From Syncephalis fuscata S228 (taxonomy: Eukaryota > Fungi > Zoopagomycota): a stretch of DNA of 64,000 bases. The DNA lies in NCBI GenBank assembly GCA_025786725.1, contig JAHLTZ010000004.1, forward strand, positions 434,001 through 498,000. The letters run 5' to 3'. The number at the start of each line of letters is the position of its first letter. Within the stretch, counting starts at the first letter, position 1. The position numbers were made by a program, and so were the translations under genes. Under the pieces are notes generated by a model, which was not told the DNA's origin, ran no database searches, and saw nothing but the letters and a program-made list of their open reading frames with translations. Positions 39,192 through 52,132 of this stretch are shown here, one piece after another.

Positions 39192-41643
39192 ATGCTATTG
39201 GGCACCTCACCTATTCTAGTAGTTTTCGCCTCTATTCTACTATCATGGCTACTATTTGTGGTATATAGCCGAGTAAAGAGCGGAGCATATACGCGTGGCA
39301 AAGTTGTTCGATGCTTTTACTGCCATCAAAAGACACGGCTACCACTTGCCCAGACAGCATCAATTGGCGCAGATTTAAGTTTGAGAAAGAATACAAAACA
39401 TAAAATGGAAACGCCATATGATTGGCATTGTCAATATTGTCAAAATAGAAATTTACGTGATTCTGTAAGTAGGATGTGGTTTATGATGGTACAATAATGT
39501 TTATAATATGAACTTTGATAGCAAGGAGAACTTGTCGATCAAGTGCCAGCAATGTTTAGCGAATTATCAAATCCAATTTCTCAATGGAAAAGTAATATCT
39601 AGATGCAAATCATTATGAAAACTAATGGCTATTTATCGTTTATTTTTAGATAATACGCAATTTGTGGAGACTCGACGACGACGTAGATGTCAAGGACTAA
39701 GCGATACAGAACTTTTAAGTGATGATGAGGAACTTAATATACCATTTTGCAATGGCTGCCTATCAAATCATAATATGGTATTACAGCTATTGGCTACATA
39801 TAAACCGGATGAATCGGTAAATAGACACGGTATTTGTTATAAATGTATAACTAATGAATATTGTAAACTAATAATAGAATCCGAATTTTAAAGACTACGA
39901 TACAGCTATAGAAATGTATCGAATTAAGGTGGAAGAGCGGTATCCATCTTTATGTAAGGAATGTGCACCTAGAGTTGAAAACAGAATTGCTCAAACAAAT
40001 GCTCGAGTAAGAGCACGCTACTTTGGCGAATCACTTTTACGTTCGAAAAAAACGCCTTTCGTTAATAATCTGCCACTTTTTCGATGGTGGAAAGTGCTAA
40101 TTTGGCTATCAATATTTGTTGTTGAGTGGATTTCTCGAGGTCTAATGTTTTATATGTGTTGGTCGGGACACGTCAGTTTATTGCGTAAGTTTTGTTTTTT
40201 ACTTGCACAATAAGACTTACGTATAACGAATATTTAGTTTTACCACCTATAACTATAATAGGCATTACCGATAATATAGCAAAATTGCCGCTTATTAAAT
40301 ACACAACTATAGAAGAGAATGGTATTTATTTGATTTTAAGTATGGCTTGTTGCACTGTGCTATGGGATCCAACATGGCTTCGTCGAGTATATAAGCGACA
40401 GCGAAAATATCCACGTAGACTAGCCTATTATCGAGTAGGTAGCATATCTCTTTCCAATATTATTACTAATGTTAATATTTAGCTATGTCAAGCATTTCTA
40501 TGTGCTATGAGGCTAACATTGATTAAACTGTCTGATGAATTTTTAATATCCAATCAAGGATATTTATTACGATATAGTTTTATTTTATTATCTACTATGG
40601 TAAATATATAAAAATACACTTGTTGCAGCATTGTACTTAATACAAATATTTAGTTTATTGCACTATCTTGGATCTATACGCCAGTAGCACCAAGATTAAT
40701 TAGTTTGTGCAAAAATCCCACAACAAAAGTTCGTCGCATTCAATTACGGCCATTGCCGGTAAGTAATTGTAGTGTAAATCTGTATATATCTAACCAATAT
40801 ATACATATTCTCAGAAGCGAACTGGAAACAAATCTATGCGTACAGAACAGCCCATGAGTGGAGAGAGTGACAATGCGATATCGCCTTTTTCGACACCACC
40901 TAGCTCGTCTAAGCGAACTATTAGAGAGCGACGAAGAGATACAAATGCACTTGTATTTAGCGATGATGATGAGGATACATTATGTGCAGATACCCAGTAT
41001 ACAACATCGCTGGGCACGATGCTTCAGAATCTAACACTAGGCACGCCTCGAATAGGTCGTTCGCGCCAATCTACAGTTGCTGTTGATAATAAAAAGAAAG
41101 GGAAAAAATCCCGTGCAGTTAAACGCAATAGAGCAGCTATCTCCCTGCCTCCTGCCGCTTTGACGCCACGAGATAGTGATGCTGAGGCTGATAGTATGGA
41201 TTGGATGCCAAGTACACCGCACGGTCAACGAAAACAGCCGTATCGAGATACACGTAACATTATATCACGCCCGCCACCAACATCAGCCGATATACCAATG
41301 AGTGGCTCTATAGGAGCAACAGGATTGTTTCGTGTACCGCCTTCATTCCATAACCAAAATCCTTTTGGCCAGACTTATTTGACAGATGTTATGGCACAAC
41401 AACAAGAGCATAGAAAACGACACGGTACGCAAGAAGATGGTAATAGCTATAACACTGTTGGTAATTCGCTTATTACAAACAATGATAAGGTAGGTGGCAG
41501 TAGAATGTGGACTTGTAAACTTCAAATGCTAATAATGCATATAATTATAGGAAACGGGACTGGAAAAGTTATTTCAGCAATCGTTTCAAATTCGCGACAG
41601 TACAAGCATTACTGCCCGTGTAAAACAATGGTTTTCTAGCTAA
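39192..41643 (+). CDS. IMA1: Inner nuclear membrane protein Ima1 / TMEM201 family (multi-exon)
   Basis: Four CxxC motifs (CFYC, CQYC, CNGC, CKEC), EERYPSLC, TM helices, last exon ETGLEKLFQQSFQI. The start codon is uncertain. Confidence 0.88.
40495..41269. repeat. Right arm of the ~0.77-kb inverted repeat (inside Ima1)
   Basis: Reverse complement of 7304-8077 with only a few substitutions. Confidence 0.95.
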
Positions 41644-41951
41644 TATCAGAATTGAATGCATTATTTATCCAAGTTTATTATTAATGTACAAAATAAATAC
41701 TTATACAGCAAATTGATCTCCACCACTTGCTACTTTGTCGCATGCTATACCCCCTGTTTCTATTTGTATCACAATTACTAGTTATGTGCATTATATAGGG
41801 ACATCAAAACAAGTTCAATAGCTATGGAAAAAAGCCATGCTTTTATCGAGCCCACCATGCAACTGACAAAAGCATTATATATATTAAATGGTCTTGTTCA
41901 GTTATGCTGTATTTTCCATCTAATTCATTTTATACTGCATAATTATATACA

Positions 41952-43808
41952 ATGTTTAATAGCATGGTAACGCTTTTAATACTGCTATCCTTTGCCGTGT
42001 CCGTCTTTGGAACAGCTACATTTCATGTAGGCAATCGAACATTCCAATATCATACACAAGATTTGCTTGAAGTTGAAGTTACACCGTATACAACTCATGG
42101 TGTTTTAGTGAATGCCGTGTTTAGCAAGAATGCATCATGTGAGATATTGCCATCTGTTCTTGATACAGCTCGATCTGCATTGAGTAGCGTAAAATCCGAC
42201 AACATCACAAGTGTGATTATTGCTATTGATGAAAAGAAGGCAAAGTACCATGACTGTAAAACAGCTACTCATGTAAATAGTCATCATTAGTATTGCGATA
42301 GTATATTCTAACTATTATTATGAATAGGCAGGATTCGCAGTTTCTGCACTTAATCAGTATTTAAATGCTACAAGCGGATTCTCGATCGACACGATACTAT
42401 ACATGCCACATATAAAACCAGGTATTGGCTTTGGTTCGTATCAAAGCTTAAATTATAAAAAAAAGAAGTTTAGTTTTTACGAAGGTGCTTCGCCAGTTAA
42501 TATCGCATTGCTGCCGTATGATAAATATACGATTATTGTGGATGCAAGCAGTAAACTGAAAGTAACGACCATTGTAACAGTTGAAGAAGGTAATTGGTTT
42601 AGTTTGATATTGGCAATTATATTTCACGCATTAGCTAATGTATAGACTATATATTTATAGAGCCAGGACCCTGGAATGATGTTTTTTTATCAGCTGGCTA
42701 TCAAGCGTTTATAAATTGTACACTGATTGTAGTTATGAGCATCATACTATACAGCTTTGTAATTCTGTACAGCTTGATCAAAGCAAAAATAACTATTACT
42801 AAGCAACACATTTTTATCTATGTTTCTGCACTGTGTGCTGCAGTATGTAAGGCAAACTCGTTACTATTAATATGAATAGCATGCTAAACAGTTTTTCTGT
42901 GCGTTTAGTATTTGTATCTGGACTAACACTTAGACAAAGCAGTGTAGCTTATAAATGGATACTATTTTTTCAAGGAGTTTTTTTATACATTGGGTTTTAT
43001 ATATTAATATTGCTATGGTATGTTATTTAATGAAGCAAAGTTTACTATTGTTATATCTAAAAACTTGCTAATAATAATGAATAGGCACTCAATTGCAATT
43101 GGCGTGCAAAAAAGTCGATATTTACAACTGCTTCGATATGCTATTATTATTTCCCTTATAAATACGATTATAAATCGAATATTGTATATTATTTGTGAAT
43201 TTATTCCATTATCTACAGCGCAGGGTATAATGCAAATAATTAGTGGTCGTTTTGTATTGTTTTCTCAATCTATCATTATCATTGCATTCGTTTATTACGG
43301 TAATACTATAATACGATTTCTAAATAATATAATTCTAAACTTTGGTGCTTAGGTATAATGTTCTGGTTAAAACAAGGCGATTTACTAGCAAATAGTGCTG
43401 CAAAGCATGTACTGTTATTAGTAAGTATAGTAATTATACTAGTATGAAAGTATAAAGTCGCAATACTTACCAATAGCATATTAGGTAACAAGGTTATGTG
43501 CAATATTTTCATTGGGATATTTGATGATATTTATTGCAAATATGATGAAAAATGCAAAAGTTTGGAACTACAGTGTTGAGGCTGAATTTGCTCGTGTGAT
43601 TCTTCTCGAAATCTCGTATGCTGTGCGTATCAGTGTGCTTCTTTTTGTTATTGGTCTACGTTCAAAGTCTGATGGCCAGTGTAAAGATCTAGCGACAATT
43701 AATGTAGACAACAGAGATAATACTACAACATTGGTACAAAGTACGTATAATAATTACGACTTTCATGCTTGCGCGATCATGTCATCAAACATCCAACCAG
43801 ATGGATGA
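41952..43808 (+). CDS. Orphan PA-like-ectodomain 7TM receptor, copy R2 (7 exons)
   Basis: Signal peptide MFNSMVTLLILLSFAVSVFG, ~170-aa ectodomain with 2 Cys, EPGPWNDVFLS, and seven hydrophobic segments after splicing at GT-AG introns. Confidence 0.85.
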
Positions 43809-44666
43809 CTGGTATTCAAAGATAGTACATGCTATAACACGACTACCATATCTAATTAAATTAGTACATGGTTTGTCAGTAATGGAAAATCACTTGATGC
43901 TGTTTATTACGTTGACAATAGCCATTATCTTTAATTATAAAACACAAATGTAATATACTATCAACAAACTATTTCTAAACACATAGATTTTTTCTGCATA
44001 AATAGAATAAAATATATAAAAACAAGTAATTCAGTAACTGAAAAATGCAGGAATATGACATGTTTATACAAAGTATACAACAGACGTGGACAGATGTGCG
44101 ATAGGCAGCTCAATGATTGATCTAAACTGTAGAAACCATGCTATAAACACTAATTACTATACTGAAATAAATGTACAATAACCGATCGGCATTATACTTA
44201 TTTATTCATTGCGCATGTTGCAAATGGTAAATATCAAAGGTTTACGAATAAAGTAGTACTACCAGTAAATAGCTTTTATACATTAATGTCATGCGCGACA
44301 TGTCCATATATTATTGCCTAAGCCGTTGTTGATTACAAAATGCATGTTTATTATCAGCGATTTAAAGTAACAAATATGAATTTAATAGTTTGCTGAGCTG
44401 GACGATGCTAATCAGCATGTTTGAAGTGTCTTTATGATATAAACTGATATAAACATACCAAATACATATATTACTATTTGTACTACTAATGGATTTGTAT
44501 AAACAGCATAGTACACACACACATCGACACGCCATACATGAATACTGCACAGGCTGTTTGTCCAACTAATATTATCAATATGAATGGTTATTGCTAACAA
44601 TATTGCACAACATTAAATAGTACGTTAATAATTACACAGCACATGTCAATTATTATTTGTTTAATT
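43574..44666. repeat. Left arm of a ~1.09-kb near-perfect inverted repeat (partner 46650-47748)
   Basis: Identical translations on opposite strands (43765-43953 + and 47369-47557 -). Arms differ by a (GT)n length and a few SNPs. Confidence 0.97.
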
Positions 44667-44701
44667 GTTAAATACTAATTGTTGCCATACAATATAGTTA
44701 A

Positions 44702-45546
44702 TTAAATCTTGCCTAAACGTTTACGAAGAGCACGTGTTCGCTTTCTCAGCTTTCTTCGCTTATGCTTGTTCATTTTCAATTTACGTTTACGTTTAATACT
44801 TGTAGCATAAAGTGGAGCAGGTTTTTGGTTTTGTGTTGGTAGTGGTTGTTGCTGTTGTTGAGTAATCTTGCTACCTTCTTTTAAAAATCCATTGGCAAGC
44901 AACTGACTGTTGACGATACCACTACCTTCAGCATCTCCCTCTAAGCCGTGCTGTGCCCAATAATGCGGATCGGCTGCTGGTGAAAGCACACGTGCTACAG
45001 CTGGTGCGGTCGATGGACGTACCAATTTTGGCGGATGAAAGGGTAGAAAATAGTGAAATTTTTCTGCTAACGCTTCCATTGCTAATTGAGCATTAATATA
45101 TTAATATTAGCAATAAGTTTCCTGTGTTTAACAAATATTTAACGTGTTAACTCACCATTATCCTCGGCTTTGCTTTGTTTGCGTCCTGTGGTCGTCCACT
45201 CTATCGTGATTGCCTCGTCATCTTCAGTCATAAAAATAGAGCGGGGTCTTGATGATGGCTGGTACGAAAGTAGTGGTCGGTGTAGCGCGTAGAAACGATC
45301 TTGCGCCACCGTCTTCGACTCAGCTGCCGATGCCTGTAAGGAATCACCCAAGTGTGAGGGTGCAGGGGGCGGATAGGCTGCTTGCAATGAATTACTCACA
45401 TAGTAGGTTCGTTGCTGCTGGTGAGATCGAGCTGGCTGCATCGCCACGCTGGACAAGGACGACAATGGCTGAAAGCAGCGAGTACAGCCACTGCTCACCC
45501 AACGACGGGTCTGCCCGTTTAGTGAGTGCGCAAGTGACATGGTCAT
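44702..45546 (-). CDS. COX24: Mitochondrial small-subunit protein mS38 / Cox24 family (DUF1713), 2 exons
   Basis: C-terminal TSIKRKRKLKMNKHKRRKLRKRTR, FYALHRPL, presequence-like N-terminus. Confidence 0.85.
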
Positions 45547-45749
45547 CGAAGAAGAACTTGCAGCACTCACGCTTTCGTGCACGCGCACTCAAATACAAGA
45601 ATCGATGTGGAGGAGAAATAAGCGTTCAGTAATCAACAGACCGGTAAGAGCCGGTAATAAGGAAGGAAAATGTATTATTATAAAACTTTTTTGTTATAAT
45701 TTTCATTATTATATTTTTGGTTAAAGTTTACTTTGAGTCTCCCCAGGCA

Positions 45750-46378
45750 GTAAAACTTTTTACGCAATTGATTGTAATGATTTAAATAACTGATTTGTGT
45801 TTAAATCATCGTTTATAATAAATATTAAAGCAATATTATTGTTTATTATCATTTCCATAAAATATAATTGATTAAATGTAACAAAACATCGTATCAGTAA
45901 TAATATTAAACATTTAAATAAACAATGTAACATACTATTTGATTTCATTGAAACATTTAAGGTTGATCATTATTATTGCTGGCTATGTGTAGAAAGATTG
46001 ATCGAATATGAATAGAAGCCATATAATTGCAACTCCGTGTTATTCCGCATTTGCTGTTATTGCATTATAATAATGATCTTTTCTATTTTCTAATATTCCA
46101 CTATTGCATTTTGGGCATATTGTGCTGTAAGATCAATATTAATATAATTATTATAAGTGTTGTTTATTAAACAGCCACTTTCTCTATAGCCAATCCGACT
46201 AAATAAATGACATTTTGAACAATTAATATCATAATGACAATATATATGTATATTAAAACAATAATAAAGATAACTAATTAATTACATTATTATACTAATA
46301 ATTACACATGAATTAATTAATGTTGGATGCAATGTTATACATGTTATAGTAATGGATAGGTGTTTAATTGTGTCTAAG
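45750..46378. repeat. Non-coding segment also present at 8170-8800
   Basis: Colinear shared strings (see 8170-8800). Confidence 0.85.
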
Positions 46379-46649
46379 TATTAAAAAAATGTAAATGTTA
46401 AAATGCAATAGCTCCATGTTTTTAATCCTTTTTTATGTTATCATACATTTTTGCTGTTGTATCTTTTGTTATTACATTCTATATTAATACTAGTGATTTT
46501 ATTGTTAGTATTAGCTGGATTGCATTGTATTATGTATAAAATTGTTTAGTGTCAAATTATGTATTTACGCCATTATATAATAAAAAGTAAAAAAATACTA
46601 TAAACCATTATAAATTGACAGTGCTTAAGCAATGCCTACTAAAATAATT

Positions 46650-47748
46650 AATTAAACAAATAATAATTGACATGTGCTGTGTAATTATTAACGTACTATT
46701 TAATGTTGTGCAATATTGTTAGCAATAACCATTCATATTGTTAATATTAGTTGGACAAACAGCCTGTGCAGTATTCATGTATGGCGTGTCGATGTGTGTG
46801 TGTGTGTGTGCTATGCTGTTTATACAAATCCATTAGTAGTACAAATAGTAATATATGTATTTGGTATGTTTATATCAGTTTATATCATAAAGACACTTCA
46901 AACATGCTGATTAGCATCGTCCAGCTCAGCAAACTATTAAATTCATATTTGTTACTTTAAATCGCTGATAATAAACATGCATTTTGTAATCAACAACGGC
47001 TTAGGCAATAATATATGGACGTGTCGCGCATGACATTAATGTATAAAAGCTATTTACTGGTAGTACTACTTTATTCGTAAACCTTTGATATTTACCATTT
47101 GCAACATGCGCAATGAATAAATAAGTATAATGCCGATCGGTTATTGTACATTTATTTCAGTATAGTAATTAGTGTTTATAGCATGGTTTCTACAGTTTAG
47201 ATCAATCATTGAGCTGCCTATCGCACATCTGTCCACGTCTGTTGTATACTTTGTATAAACATGTCATATTCCTGCATTTTTCAGTTACTGAATTACTTGT
47301 TTTTATATATTTTATTCTATTTATGCAGAAAAAATCTATGTGTTTAGAAATAGTTTGTTGATAGTATATTACATTTGTGTTTTATAATTAAAGATAATGG
47401 CTATTGTCAACGTAATAAATAGCATCAAGTGATTTTCCATTACTGACAAACCATGTACTAATTTAATTAGATATGGTAGTCGTGTTATAGCATGTACTAT
47501 CTTTGAATACCAGTCATCCATCTGGTTGGATGTTTGATGACATGATCGCGCAAGCATGAAAGTCGTAATTATTATACGTACTTTGTACCAATGTTGTAGT
47601 ATTATCTCTGTTGTCTACATTAATTGTCGCTAGATCTTTACACTGGCCATCAGACTTTGAACGTAGACCAATAACAAAAAGAAGCACACTGATACGCACA
47701 GCATACGAGATTTCGAGAAGAATCACACGAGCAAATTCAGCCTCAACA
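46650..47748. repeat. Right arm of the ~1.09-kb inverted repeat
   Basis: Reverse complement of 43574-44666. Confidence 0.97.
47514..47748 (-). pseudogene. Truncated 3' fragment (TM7 and tail) of receptor R2
   Basis: VEAEFARVILLEISYAVRISVLLF...QPDG is identical to R2. There are no upstream exons, and the thiolase stop is 60 bp away. Confidence 0.9.
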
Positions 47749-47808
47749 TCATATTGCAAATATCAATAGTATAAATGAATTTATTTGCAATTGGCTGCTA
47801 TTGATTCA

Positions 47809-49549
47809 TTAAAGGTGGGCAGTCAAATAGTTGCTATGACCTGAGACAATCACTTGATCAAAGTCATCCTTAGTAATAGAATGACACTCAATTGCTGGAT
47901 TGTAACCAAAACGTTTACGAGGATCAACGGCTGCCGTCTTGCCCTTTTCCGTCTTTAGTCCACAGTGATGGTAAAGACCGATGACTACAGCACCGCCTAA
48001 TCCGATGTTATGCTGCAAAGCTACTTGTAGATTTGGTACTTGGCGATCGCCGCACCATCCACGTAATTGCCACACTAGTTCAGCACACTGTGCCAGTCCA
48101 GTGGCTCCTAGTGGGTGGCCTAGTATTTACAGATGTATTAGCTATTGCACACGACTAGTGATCCAATTCATGACGCAACATACCCTTTGAAATAAGACCA
48201 CCCGACGGATTTACTACGCATTTGCCACCAAATGTATTATTATTTTGATCGACCATCAAATGTGCTTGTCCTGGCGCGCATAATCCTAAAGCATCATAGG
48301 TAATTAACTAAACAGAGTGCAAGATAAACAAGGTTATAAAAATAAAAAACAAATATATTTATTTCAAGTCTTACCTCGTTGGCCGAGAAACAATCGTGTA
48401 GTTCTACCACGCCCACTTGCGATGGCGATATGCCTGTTTGCTTATAAACTTGTTCAGCAGCACATCGTGTCATATCGGCACCGGCCAATTCAATAGCACT
48501 TCCTTTAAGTGCCTTTGGAGAATCGGTTGCCATCGTCTGGCCGGCCAACTCAACAGCTTGTGCTTCAAGGCGATGCTCGCGTACAAATGCTTCCGATACA
48601 AGGATAGCCGCGGCACTGCCATCAGACGTAGGGCAGCATTGCAGCATGGTAAGTGGTCCGTGTACAGTACGTGATTTTTTCACCTGATCAAGTGTGTAAA
48701 TGTCGCGGAATTGAGAATAAGGATTGTTGGCACTGAATGTTATTATTAATAAACTATTCTATATCTGTTGCTGCAGAACACTCACCTATGTCGATGGTTC
48801 TTCTCGCCAATCTTCGCCATATGTTCTGGTGTTGCGCCGTATTTCTCGCAGTACTCTATACCGGCGTTACCGAATATCTGGGCTGGTGGCGGGCCTTTGC
48901 TAAATCCACGCGTTTCAGCCATAATCCCAAAGTTCCAATCTATCGACAAAAAATTAAATTATTGTAAGCGCACAGCTTACAATCAATGGTACATCTTTTT
49001 TTGTTACCTAAAGGTGCAGTACGGTCGTTAAACTTTGACGATAAAGATCCTAAACAGCATATCCAACATATTTAATTTATTTTACGTTAATTATAAAACA
49101 TTTTTGTTTACCTGGATCCATCTTCTCAAATCCTAGTGCCAAAACACAATCAGCAGCACCTAGCTCTATTTGCTGACGAGCCATATAGAGGGCGGTACTG
49201 CCCGTACTGCAGTTATTATTTACATTAACAATAGGAATTTGTGTTTGGCCAAACTGATAAAGTGCACGCTGGCCACAAGTACTATCGCCGTAACAGTAAC
49301 CTACGTAGGCCGACTCTACTGCATTGTATTTGATATTAGCATCAATCAATGCCTTGGTAACTGCTTCGCGTGCCATATCTACAGAAACACACGGAAAAGC
49401 GGTATTAGTGTGTTAATAGTTGGTCAAGTGTTCGTGAACAGCCATATAGATACCTGGGTAGTCAAAATTGTCTCGACGTCCCGGCTTTCAAACTTGGTCA
49501 TGCCCACACCAACCACGTACACTTTGTTATGAAGGCGTTGTTTAGTCAT
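47809..49549 (-). CDS. SCPx-type peroxisomal thiolase (non-specific lipid-transfer protein thiolase), multi-exon
   Basis: [68 protein letters not shown]1-like C-terminal AHL. Confidence 0.93.
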
Positions 49550-50570
49550 AGTAAACTAAAGCTTTGAATTATATAGCTTAAAGGAAATAGAGAATAGAAT
49601 TGACAGTAATGGAGTTAAGAATGTTGGTGGTAATAAAGCAGCTGTAGAAAGGCGGGGTAGTTTAATACAAGTGACCGGCAACTCAAATTGCCGATGCGCG
49701 AGCATGTATTGCCTAGTACAAATACAACGTATTTACTATTATTGTCACGATTAGCTGACATATCTATCGGAGTAGCGGGTTTTCCGCGATCTTTTGTGGC
49801 AATTGTTGTTATTATTCGTCTACCTTAAATAAAAACTATAGACAAGTAAATTAAGTCAAAAAAGCAGCTAATAAATATAAATGTAGTAGACATATTTCGA
49901 GTGCATATTACAAAAGTAATTATTGTAAATACTCAATTTAAACACTCAATAATGGCATATTAGTTATAATTCGAATGATTCTACAAGTTACACTGATACA
50001 ATACACTATATTTAATTACTGGTTTATTACAATTTACTTATGATTGTATCAAAAGACTATGTTGATTCAAGAAGAAAATAAAACGTTGAATTAGTCCATA
50101 GTTTTGCAAGTTGTTAACAGCAAACGATGTTGCCGAGTATTGAGGAATATATATATAATGTAATGATAATTCGCTACTATTAACACTTCTATTAATTGAC
50201 TTTCTCTTTCATTAGTCTCGTGCGATGTTGTCTGTAATCCGTAAGTAATAGCGTACATTTGTAACAAACAGTAGAGAGGGGAGGATAGAAAGAAGATTGG
50301 TGGTTAGTAACCATCTCTATTGTGTTATTATCTTTTAATCATTACAACACCACATACACAATTGCAAGCACTACAGAATTATTTTCCATAAACACCTTGT
50401 GTGTACATATAGGAAATGCTTACTTCCAGAAAAGACATGCATACTATATAGTTCTATGAAAAGACGGACTACGTACATATAATAATAATCACGACAGTTG
50501 CTACTACTCTTCTTCTACTATTACTACGACACTACTATTGCTAATATTACTCCTATTACTACTACAAAGA

Positions 50571-52132
50571 CTAAAAGTTGAGTTCTCGAAGATTATCCGT
50601 AAGAATAATATCCTTGACACTATTCATGATGTTGCTAATATGTTTGGTATCGGTGGCGTGTGTGAAATGCGAATACACTGTCTTGTCGGGACTACGGTTA
50701 AGTGCTTCAAAACGTCGCTTAAAGAACACACTAGTTTGTGAAGGATCGTGGTCGTTGCCTATAGTATTAAAATGTTGCAATAACAAAAATACACATGATG
50801 ATTAGTAAGACTGTTAAAATGCCCTTTTATCTATTAGTATTATGTACAATACACACCTTTAAAGTCAGGGAAGTATTGACTAACCGGGCTGTAATGAATT
50901 TTCTTTTTAAACAAATCGACCTTATTCAAGAAAAGAATCACCGAGGTGTGTACAAACCATTGCGAATTACAAATCGAGTCAAATAACATGAGAGCTTCAT
51001 GCATTTGGTTCTATAGTATTATTGATCATTAGTATCAAATTAAAAATAAGATGGCTCATGATGGTCACTTACCGTGTCACGATCTTCAACCAGTACTTGG
51101 TCATATCCACTAATGGCTGCCAAAAACAAAAGAGCTGTCACATCCTCAAAGCAATGAATCCACTTTTTACGTTCAGATCGTTGACCACCCACGTCAAACA
51201 TACTATAATTGCATGTTTAGTAGGGAATGTTGGTTAATTGTTCATTATTTTACTTACCGGTATGTAAGCGCTCCCACATTAAACAGTGTTTCTGTAATAC
51301 CGGTTGTTTTGACACGACAACGTAAAATATCTTGATCGGTTGGAATGTATCCAGGTGCAAATAATCGATCGAGATCATTAAAAAAACTGTTGTAATAAAA
51401 TAATCAAGTATTATTATTATTATTACAATTATTATTAATCTATGTTAAAAACTTACTATTCTGCTGAATCGTTGATAGCACATTCATTAGCTTGAATGAG
51501 ACAGGCTCGTACATTGGCATCGGACCACAAAGAACGTAATGCTACTTGATAATCATGCGGATATGGTTCATTGCGTCTAATGACAGGCACTTGCGAAAAT
51601 AATGACAAATAGCTCTGTCCCTCCATGACAAATACATCGATCAGCTTTCATAATAACTATTATCCCATTATAACTGCTTTTAAACTAATATTAAGCCAGT
51701 TTATCACCACCACCACCACCACATCATCATCATCATCAAGTTTGCTTAAATACACACCATGTTACTAGAATCAGAAAACTGTATTTTCCCTTGCTCCATG
51801 GCTTCCAATAGCAATCGCATACTGTGTAAAAGATTGGTAAAAATGACAATTCGATGTGATTCCCGTTCTAAATCCGTAAATCCTTTGGCATGAATCAAGC
51901 GCATCTGTTTCAAAATGGTTGATTTACCCGATTCACCCGCACCTAAATAAATAAATAAATATTGGTTTATTGGTTTATTGATTAAATGAATATTAATAAA
52001 CAATCATTCACTATATCACTCACCGAGTAATAAAAGTTTCACTTGTGTTTTACTTTTCTTGGCATCCTCACGAATTTGTCGATCAATTTGACGAGAGTGT
52101 CGCTCCTCCGGCGATGCCAGACAGTTCCCCAT
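50571..52132 (-). CDS. Heterotrimeric G-protein alpha subunit, probably fungal group II
   Basis: [56 protein letters not shown]-terminus NLRELNF (no CGL). Confidence 0.95.

Noticed and set aside
43806-43808. In-frame TGA as selenocysteine
   Set aside because: The aligned paralogue residue is Gln rather than Cys, and no SECIS was recognised.
43574-47748. Inverted repeat as transposon TIRs (foldback or Mutator-like element capturing Cox24)
   Set aside because: The arms are receptor-gene sequence, and no transposase or target-site duplication is visible.
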